From NCBI GenBank assembly GCA_000708835.1, contig DF237022.1:124001-188000 (forward strand): a stretch of 64,000 nt of DNA, read 5' to 3'. The first letter of the stretch is position 1. The number at the start of each line of letters is the position of its first letter. Origin of the DNA: Klebsormidium nitens. Its lineage: Eukaryota > Plantae > Klebsormidiophyceae. The notes under the pieces were generated by a model that saw only the letters and a list, made by a program, of their open reading frames with translations, was not told where the DNA came from and did not search any database. Below, one piece after another: positions 44,616-64,000 of the stretch. The position numbers were made by a program, and so were the translations under genes.

Positions 44616-47600
44616 TTAGCCCGCCCATTCCTCCCGGTTCAGCCCTTCCCCGGGCCCTTTCTCCGGGTCCTCGAACCCCGCCCGTTCGCCCAGCGCCTCT
44701 ACCGACTCCACCAAAAAACGTAACCCCGCTACGCACTCGATCAGAGTCGACGCAAACTTCACGAGCGACATCGCACACACTCGTTCCAACGTGCCGTCGT
44801 AGTGGGTATCCGCATAGTTATCTACAAACCCAGTTCTTAACCCTGGGTTATCCCCCCCGCCCATTTGCGCCCGGTTTCCGCCCCCGGTGTAGCCTTCCGA
44901 GGCCTCGGCCAGTCTTTGCCGGCTCAAAAGAAGAACCGCTTCTGAGCCGTCTTCTGACGTTTGGTCGCTTCCACTGTCCGAGCACTCCTCCGATTCGTCT
45001 CCCCCGACCGCATTCCCACCGCCGTTAAAGCAGGAGTAACGCCCCGGCGAGTCGCCTCCCGACTTCCCCAGATCAACCGCCCTCAGATCGCCCGACCTCA
45101 AATCGCCCACGTCTCTCAGCCCCTTTGCCCACTCCCTCTCATTTTCTCCACAAGCTGCTCGGGATTCCTTCCCGGTTCGTTCCGGCGAGCTTCGACTGCT
45201 CTCCTCTCCTTTCTTTGGGCTCTCCTGAAAAACGCCCACGTCTGCCCCTCTTACTTCCTCATCCTCTCGGTTGACACCCCCGACGAATTGCTTCTCCCCC
45301 GGTTTCGACAGACCCTCAATATCGTTCTTCGGTGCGTCCCTGTCCATAAGCAGGCGGTGCGCGTTGTCGAATAAACGCATTTGCAGGCGCAGCGCGGCGA
45401 TCTCCGCCTGTTGAAGCGCCTCGTGAAGCGCGAACCGGCGCATGTCTTTCAGGCTCCGGTGGAGGAGTCGCAGGACGTTCCCGATCTGCAGCAGTAAGCG
45501 TCAGCTATCAAGGTTACAAACGCTGTGCGGTTTTGCACGCGTAGAATTCTACCCAGCTTCGCAAACAAGAAGGTTTCGCCACATTTCAAGGATTCGGGCC
45601 AGTGGTTTCTGGACGCTTCCGATCTGCAACCGAGCGCGTTTGAGTTGCAGGGTTTCCTGAGAAACTGTTGACGTCACTTTCTAAATCGTAAAAACTATAT
45701 GGCGCGAAAAGCCTGAGTTGGATATGTAAGAGCTTCTCAAATGCGTGAAGAGTCTGCAAGATCCGAAACAGAAAGCGCAGGACAATTTCTGTCGGAATCG
45801 TTTGGGCCACTGTACGTAAAAGGACCTGTGTCAAACCTGGCGACTCGCGCTTTCTCGAGCCCAAGAATACCTTAATAAGTTAAGCCATCTTCAAAGTTCA
45901 CGAATGCTTGAGATTCTTCATGGTGCGGAAATGATAGCACTTTTATGACGTGCAAGCATCATCCTGACCTTCTTTTCGAAATATCTGACAGATGTGCAAG
46001 GTGATCTTTCCCCTGAGTTCCGTTTGTTTTTCCTGTCGTGTTCTGTTTACTGCTTCGTTTCCAAACGTACGAAGTAACGCGCAAGCTCAGGGTGCGCAAG
46101 GATCGAGCGGCCTTCGCTAGTGCCCACGTTTCAAGAGTACCGAGAAAGCTGCCAGCGAGGATCGATCTGCGCAATCTCTTCGCGCAAAGCATGAGCTTGG
46201 GTGGATGCCCGTGCGGCCTTAACCATAAGATGAAGTGGATAACAAAAGGGCTGACTTTTGCCATAGCTCTGACGTCTGATTCTTACTGAACAAAGCTGGG
46301 TCATTCGCTTACCGTAAGCGGACGGTCGCACATGAGCTCACCTCTTTACCAACCATTGTCATCTCCTGGGCAAAGATATCGCGCAGAAGTTTGGGCGCCT
46401 GGATCTCCGCGCGCAGACAGCTGTCCAGCGAGATGATGACGTAGACCGTGTAGCGCAGGTTGTCGGTGACGTCACCGTACAGCTCCCAGGGGTAGCGCCC
46501 CGTGAACTTGCCGTGGCGCGGCTCCCACGAGATGACGCCCATCTGCGGAGCCAACGAAAAGCGGACACGTGGCGTTATTTCATATGTGGTGTATTGGTTC
46601 GAAGAGATACTACTTGCAATTGAGGGAAAAGGGCAGGGCCCAGCTGCAAATATCTGAAAAAGGAGCTTTCTGCTTCTAGAAAAGGCAGGGCCTGTGGCAA
46701 GCAAGACATGCGTACTTGAATTTGCCGCATTGGGCCTGACATCCGCTTGGTAAGGGACCATCACAAGGTCATCGTTCTCCTCTTTTCGGGGACGGCGGTT
46801 AGCGCCACCTTTTGCGGATCGAAATAGAAGCATAGACGAACTTTTTGATTAAACGGTTGCTTTTCCACGGAAGTCACAAAGAAAAGGTGCGAGTCCTAAA
46901 GTGAGGCTTAATGAAACGGGTAGGATAGATTCAGGGCCAAAGAGAACGGGTCAATGTGAGTACGACGCAGCTGCAAGCATCGCTATTTGTCCCCCTCTGT
47001 CGACGTCCGACTCAGGTTTCCTTGATTGCAAGATCGTTGACACCTGGATTCTTCCCAACTTTAACACCTCGTCAATGTCTCATAAGGTTTATAGGCTGCA
47101 ATAACATCTTGCGAATCATCAGTTGACACGTGTCTGGACCTCACCATTTTGTCGACCTCCGACTCGGACATGACGATTCCGTGGTACAGACTGTGCAACT
47201 GGTCCTCGATCTTCTTCCCGGCAAGGATCTCGGGAACCGGGTCCAATTCGGTGCCTTTCGCGTACTCCTCCACGCATCTGCGAACGGATCGCACCAAAGG
47301 TGGGGATTCATTGGAGACTAATGTGAGCGTTATCATAGAGTTTCGAGCTTTGAGAAAGCGGTTACATTGAGTCCCGTTCCGATACTTTCTTACACACCCG
47401 CGAAGGCTCTCCCCGAACGACATCAGGATAGCAGTCGGAACTTGCAGACGTTTGACACTCAGGCAAAGTGTTCCTAAGCGAACTTGTTTCAGGACTTTCC
47501 CCAGAATATGGAGAAGAATAGCAAACGAGAAGCTCCTCTCCTAAAGCTGTTTCAACGATGCGTCCGCCATTTGGCGTCACTGATCAGGTTCTCTATACGC

Positions 47601-49789
47601 TCTCATAAAAAGGTTCTGACCAGACGTTCTCCAAATCTGAGCTCACTGAGACTTCCTTTGTGCATCCAGGATGCACTCTACGTGTCGACAACAATCTCTC
47701 GCTGGCCGCTTGAATCCACCAAGTCAGCGACGCAACATCTTCTCGGTGGCTCATGCTTGAGGCTTAAAAGTTTTGGAGGCCTCTTATCAGGCACGCGAGA
47801 AAGCAAACGGGTGATACTTCAACCGGAGTAGCGCCCCCCTCCCGTTCAGATATTTTACTTGGGACTCTATCTCGAAGACCTCAGCAAAAAGCCTGCCTGA
47901 GTTCTCTGCCTACTTTCACGGGACTTTGAGTCTAGTAGCCGATCTCAGCGTTCAATATGCTTGAAAACTTGTAACTTGAGCCTTGTTCAAAGACCTCTGA
48001 GGATGAATTTTCTCAAGGAGAAAACCCACTTTTCGGCCACGTCAGCAGCCGTCTTGAAGTTCTTGCTGACCAGCGCGTGCAGATTGTCGCCGGCAAAGTT
48101 GGGCTTGACCATCAAATTCACGACGGCCGCCAATACGAACCCTCCCACGATTGTCAGGAAACGCGCCATCGGCATTTTGATTGCCTCCCCCGCCTGCTTA
48201 TAGCCGCCCAGGATAAGCAGGTGGGCGGTTATGGTCGCCTGCACGAACATGAGGAGACTTAGGGGCTGACATATCGCTCGGAATAAGCTAAGGAAACGGA
48301 CACGGAGATTGAAAAATGCGCTTTCCCGGTTCCGGCGTTCGTCGTAAGTACTCGGTGCTGACTGCGAATCCTAGAAGGCTCACGCTATGGCTTGTTTCGA
48401 ATAAGAGTCTTGTTGAATCTGTGCGGAGCAGGTCAGCATCGATGTCGCTTTGGGTCTTGCACAAAAAAACCGAATGCTGAGATCATATGGTTCTATCGCT
48501 CTCAAAATTGTACATGAAGTAACATTCAAGGGCGAAGACTCTCCTGTTTATCACTTTGTAGAGGCAAAAGGTCGGATCAAGGACAGAGGAGGATAATAGC
48601 TCGATCGAAAGTGGACTTATGTAAAATGGAAGGGAGACCGTTGGGAAGATAGAAACATAAATAGGATAGACACAGAGCAATGACAGGAAGCAGAGAGGGA
48701 AGGAAGTGAGAGACAGACAAAGAGGTAGAAAGAAGCAATGACGACAGGAGATGGAAACGAAGTTCATATAAGATGGCAATGGAAACTCCACGCACAACAA
48801 GGAAAGACGAAGACAGGAGTTGGAGGGAGTAGACTCACCATAGAACACGCGTAGTTCCACTGGTCTTTCAGCGGCGAACTGAAGCGCAAATACACTGGAA
48901 TCCAGGTCGTCGTGAATATGCTCAGCAGTACGAAGTAGGGCTCAAAGGCGCCCAACAGCGGCGCGGTTCGGTTAACCGCAAGCGCTAACCCGCCCGCAAT
49001 CACGGTGCCCATGATCCGGTTAAACCCCTTGTTTAGCGACGTTCCGATGTTGCTCTCGTAAACCAGAGCTGCCGTAATAACCGCCCAGACTCCGAACCCC
49101 TGGAAGATTTTCCGCAGGGGTTCGACGACGATCAGAAGCGACGCGAGACAGCATGTGAACCCGACTTTGCTGGCCAGGATCGCGGTCTTCTTCTCCCACC
49201 GGAGGGTTTTCACACCGCCCCCCCAGGCCCTCTGCTTCAGACTGTGAACAGCCCCGACGAGCGCTTTCCGTGTCAGCCCAATCCGGGGGATCCCCCAAAC
49301 CGACCGGTTACTCCTTAACCGGGCGGTATCCGAGTCAGCATCCAGTAGATTCTGGCCCTCTTCCAGCTCGGGGATCTCGCTCGGCCGTCGACTGACAGAC
49401 GGGACGAAACTTGAAGTTTCTCCCGGCTCTAGTTGCGAGCTCCACTCCACAGCTGAACCAGCGACGGATCCAGCTCGGCTCCTGTACTTCCTGTGCTGGC
49501 TGCGCCCGAGGATCCCCCGAACCGACCCCAAAATGGCAGAAGACCGCCTGCTCAAACCGCCCGGGAGGGGGATCCCCGAGTCCTGGCGAGCTGAGTTTTG
49601 GCGCGAGAACTGTGGTGGGGGTTTTGAGAAGCTGTTGTTTGAGCGGTTGGGAAGTTTGGGAGACGGTTCTGCGGTGGGGGCAAACCTTGAGGGTTCTGGA
49701 GCAACATCGGTGACGGGAGGAGGAACTAGAGAGGGAAGAGGTCTTGGCGGGGTTGGGGATTCAGGAGTGGCGTCTACTGGCGGGGACAT
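44616..49789 (-). CDS. ALMT: Aluminium-activated malate transporter family anion channel, about 787 aa, 5 exons
   Basis: Exons 49789-48839, 48238-48030, 47277-47145, 46542-46342, 45485-44616, phase-consistent. Motifs VWAVITAALVYESNIGTSLNKGFNRIMGT, FAGDNLH, the WEP fingerprint SWEPRHG, LRAEIQAP, and C-terminal FASTLIECVAGLRFLVESVEAL. Confidence 0.92.
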
Positions 49790-51323
49790 GGTTGCACCCT
49801 TGTTTTTGTTGCTGATGCTATTACATTTTTTTGTCAGTTGTGACTTAAAGGAGACCGTAGCAATCCTTAGAGTACATCGGCCGGAATGGCTTATAGGAGA
49901 ACGTGTCTAGATCAGCTCTTCATTAACGATGGGGTTCGATCAGATTGGTGCCTGAGTTTCACAGTATTAAGGGGCACTGCTCAGCAGCTCAACAGCTTGA
50001 TTGTTCTGAGCTGTGCGGCCGCTGTAGGCTAATATTACAAACTGCTGCTTTGCTAGTTACAAATGGAAGCGGGGGGAAAGCAGCTCAAGCTCTAAGCAAG
50101 TTCTGCTCTGCTTAGACACATTTATTTGATGAGTCAATGATCACCTTAGCCTCAAAACCTCAGCGTGCGCCTTCTGACTCTCCAGAGCTACGCATTCGTG
50201 CGGTTTGACCTTGTGTCCTCCTGGCACCCCCAGTTGAAGATGCTTTGTCTAAACTGCCTAGTCTAAACTCCAGAGAGCGGAGTCCGCTGCTTACATTTCT
50301 TAGATGGTCACTTCTTTCTATAGGAAATAGGTATATCTATACACGCTCAGGCACCTAGATTACAACCGCAGCTTGAAATTAGCACAATGATGACACGAAG
50401 AATGCCTCCAGGATTTGCTACTTCTCATATCATGATAAGCAAAGGAGCCCTTCCTGTTGACATCAGTTGCTGAAACCCAATAAAAGTGGATAAAAGGCGT
50501 CTTAGTCTTGTTTGGAAACCACGTTCACGGTTCTACCCAGCCTGGCAAGACTAACCAGAGCCAGAGTAACCGTAAACCAAGCTGTTAGGCGCGCGCACAA
50601 GGTAGAATTTTGTATTCCTGCCGTCCATTGTCCAATACTAAAAGATCGACTGTCCTAGTTTGCTGCCGTGTTACTTTGGCTGTTGGAATTTGTAGCGACT
50701 TCCCGACCAGAGCGCTGCCTAAAACGTCGCCGGAATCGTGCTTGCTTGCTTGCAAATGCAATGCCTGTGGAGGAATTGGAGCATTTCAATTTCCATTGGC
50801 ATTGGAAAAGAAAACTGAAAAGGAGAGGCATGCAGGCAGCTGAGAGCTCGTTTGTCCTGATTGGAAGTTTGAAGCGACATGGAGCTATCCTGAGCAGGGC
50901 TTAGAGGATCCATTTGTGGAACGACAGAATCATCCTCTTCATCGACGATTACTGCAAAGAATTACACCACTGCAGGAGCGAAGGAATATAGACAAAGCAG
51001 AGGTTATGCATAGTGTCAATTGGCGCAGCTGCTGGTCAACTGAGTGCACCTATGAGGAATGGAGATCAAGTGAGCACCAAAGAAACTATGGAGGGATTTA
51101 GATATTTTCTTCGTGAGCAGCGGTGGTATACACTCTGGTTAGCTTTGTCTTCTGTGAACAATTCAACCCATGGCATCAAGAAAGTGTTCAGTGAGGTAAA
51201 TTAGGAGACTGCCTTCAATCAAGCAGCCTTGAAAGCCCCTCAAAAGCTTAAGCCTGTTCTCTGATACCACCTATTAGTCACCTGATTAACTGAGCAAGTG
51301 GAGAAAGTCTAGACCGTTCCAAA

Positions 51324-61438
<10,115 letters not shown>

Positions 61439-62130
61439 TGAGATAGTTCGCAGTCAAGCATTGGCATTGCTTTAGCGCACGCAGGTGGCTGCCAGGGGGG
61501 GTGCATGTCGGAAGCGAGTGGCCACAGTAAATGTTTCAGCATCCTTGCAATTGATGGTACTGGAACGTCGGGTATCATGAGCCGCCTTCACATCGTCTCT
61601 CGTGGTTTGATGCAGTGACCTGCAATGATGACGGTATACCCTGAAGCGAGCCTGGATTAAGAAGTTATGCACCATGAACATTTGCATGCCCGGTACAGAA
61701 TGGCACTGCGATTGCTTATTTCTGCATGTCTGGTAAATGCAAATCGATTGCATTTGTCTAGACCGTCTGAGAGATCGAGCTGTGCATGAATTCATGGACA
61801 TGTGGCGGGCGAGCCCGCAAGCCAAGGTGGCATGCCTAAATATTGGCAATTGAACATGCTGCAGGCCCGGCAAGAGGACATATCGAGACTCGCGAGTATG
61901 CCAGCCATCATTGCATGCCAAATGCTGGCAGTGGTCGATCTTTCAGTCATTGATATAGTACCCAATAGCCCACAATTTACGTTTGTTAAGATCTGGGCCG
62001 CGACTAAGTTCAAAAATACAAGCTAGTGCCGTGGGTCACAGTATCGCTGTCTATCAATCTATAATGTACACCCGTCTCATAAACCGCGCAGCACCTACTG
62101 AAATCAAAAGAGCGCCGTAACCCGTGCTGG

Positions 62131-62929
62131 TCAACCTACAAGCTGCCTAACCAACTCTTGGTCCTGAGCTTCCTGATCGCCCAGGCTCTTCAGAGGACCG
62201 TCACTGCCCCAACTCACAAGACTGGGCACGCCTCTGATAAACTGGGACAGCTTTGGATCTGTTCTTAGTGGGTGAGATGGGTCTCTCCATGTTGGACGGT
62301 CTCCGACATAGACCCGTAGAAGGTTGATGTGCTTTGAGGAAGCGGCGAGGGATTTGAGGATCTCAGGCTCCCCACGCACACAGTCTGCGGTTTAGAGCAA
62401 AGCAGCTTCTTGTAACAGATGCAATATCCTCATCATTATCCTCAACCAAGCTTCAGGGCCATGTTCAAATGAAACCTGATTGTACTTCATGTTTGTCCCC
62501 TCAACGGCTAGATGCAACGCTTCTTTGCTTGCTATTGACAAGCCAGCTCATTTGCTGAATGCACACATCTCGAATCGAGTGACCTCCGATACAAATTAAG
62601 TAAACAGGTCCCTCCTAATAAGAGAGGAGATCTTCCTTGCGGCGATTCGTCAATATAGGCGTAGACTTTCAACATGTTCACAGGCACCCGACTATTCTGC
62701 CTCTTAAGATAACAACTGCCGAAAGCAAAGCTTCCAAAGCATCCTTGTAACCAGCATTGGTCACAAGTCTGAAATTGAGTTGTGCCTTACCAGGGCACCA
62801 GCTTGGTTTGTCCTCTGCAACGGGGCTTCCCAGGAAAAGGACATATAGATGACGTGCGCCGCTCAGTTCTTCCAGCATTGGATTCAGTTGCGATGCTGAT
62901 GGGGCTGTAAGGACTTTTGTTAGCACCAT
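62131..62929 (-). CDS. TXNDC17: Thioredoxin-related protein TRP14 (DUF953), about 130 aa, 2 exons
   Basis: Exons 62929-62791 and 62384-62131. Splicing (CCT G|GTAAG ... CAG|AC) creates the WCPDC active site. Also VYVGDRPTWRDPSHPLR and GVPSL. Confidence 0.9.
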
Positions 62930-64000
62930 GATGGCACACCACCTGCCAGGAAAACTTAGCTCAACTGCGATTCTCAAAACAGGCTAATCATGTCGAGGTT
63001 TTAAGCTTAAATTTTGGGGAACCTTATGCAATTTTGCACGCTTCGCTGGCAGCTTGCTTTAGAGACTAGCAGCTAACCCTTCTATCTCTTCGAGCTCAGG
63101 GAAGTTAGAGACTGTTCTAAAGCATCAGGAACAGGCCCAATCAGAATTGGGTATCAGCTGTCCCCAAGAGAAGGACTGAATTGTACGCTTCTTCCAGCTC
63201 ATCAAGCAAGCAGCAGAGAAGAAAAAGGATATTACCTGCAGACAGCCTCTCTTGCAAGAGTCCTCAGATGAGTCTGCTCCCACTGTTCTGCTCCCTCTCT
63301 GCTGAGGAATCTTGCTGGGGCTCTCCTGCTATTAGTTCTAGCTCACCTCAACGCCTCAATTGTTCTAGAAATTACAGTAGAATCTAGATGGCCCCTCCAC
63401 TGCATGAATATTGCTAGCATGGCGGCAGCTATAGCCTATAGGCGCACTGAATTTTTGGACTTTTCGGGGTTGCGCGGGCGGCCCAGGCTTGGTTACCGCG
63501 GCCGCTGAGTGAAACCCTTGATCGGACGGACGTCAGCTGTGCCATCACTGAGATGGACGGCTGTGAATTCGGCCCGGGGTTTAAGCAAGCAGTCAGTCCG
63601 CTTTTAAAGTTTTAAACACCACACTTCAAAGTTCACAGGCTGTTCACTGACGCAAAACGGACAAAGCAGCCGAACTTTTCTCGGAAAAAGTTGCGGACGC
63701 CTGTGCGCTACTGTTCGGACCTGGAACCGCCGACAAGCAACCGGGCCCCCCTGTGACATTAGGGTTATGTTGCAAGCCTGTGACGGTTTTTTAGGGTCGT
63801 GCAACCTTATTGTGACTGCACTACGATTAGGGTTATACTAACGGCTTGGGCATATTCTTAGGCTTTTAGTGTTGGTGAGGTTCCCGGTAGTCTTGAATCA
63901 GTGCCCGGTTGGTCAAATTGGACGGTGTCCGCATCCGTTTTTCCGAGAAAAGTTCGGCTGCTTTGTGCCTCTTGCTTCACTGACACCGATCTTCAGCTTG

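Noticed and set aside
46080-46170. Possible extra ALMT exon (RSILAGSFLGT...)
   Set aside because: Direct splicing from 46342 to 45485 restores the family-typical EMTMVGKE-IGNVLRLL continuity. The extra exon has no good donor.
50600-51210. Short ORFs between ALMT and FAN
   Set aside because: No recognisable domain; consistent with divergent promoter/UTR sequence.

Overview
Eukaryotic, intron-rich (GT-AG) nuclear DNA. Gene content and style suggest a streptophyte green alga, Klebsormidium-like (inference, not proven). Eight spliced genes were reconstructed by hand with consistent intron phases: pinin (+), a GH27 alpha-galactosidase with a C-terminal membrane anchor (-), a TetX-family flavin monooxygenase with one intron (-), a FUBP-type KH protein (+), a transcription factor joining a ZF-HD-type homeodomain to an ABI3-type B3 domain (+), an ALMT anion channel (-), a FAN/NSMAF-like BEACH-WD40 protein (+) and TRP14/TXNDC17 (-). 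The first exon of a ninth gene runs off the left edge. The 28.9-31 kb and 43.6 kb intergenic regions hold MITE-like TIR elements, one nested inside another. Main non-gene signals: (1) introns carry decaying tandem echoes of the neighbouring splice junction, mostly spaced about 140-190 bp apart; (2) the palindrome TGACGTCA occurs at least 19 times in coding and non-coding DNA, against about 1 expected; (3) the homeodomain+B3 fusion; (4) the probably horizontally acquired TetX-like gene. No rRNA, tRNA or CRISPR was recognised. There are two N gaps (31353-31372, 34623-34786). Domain calls rest on recalled family motifs; no searches were run.
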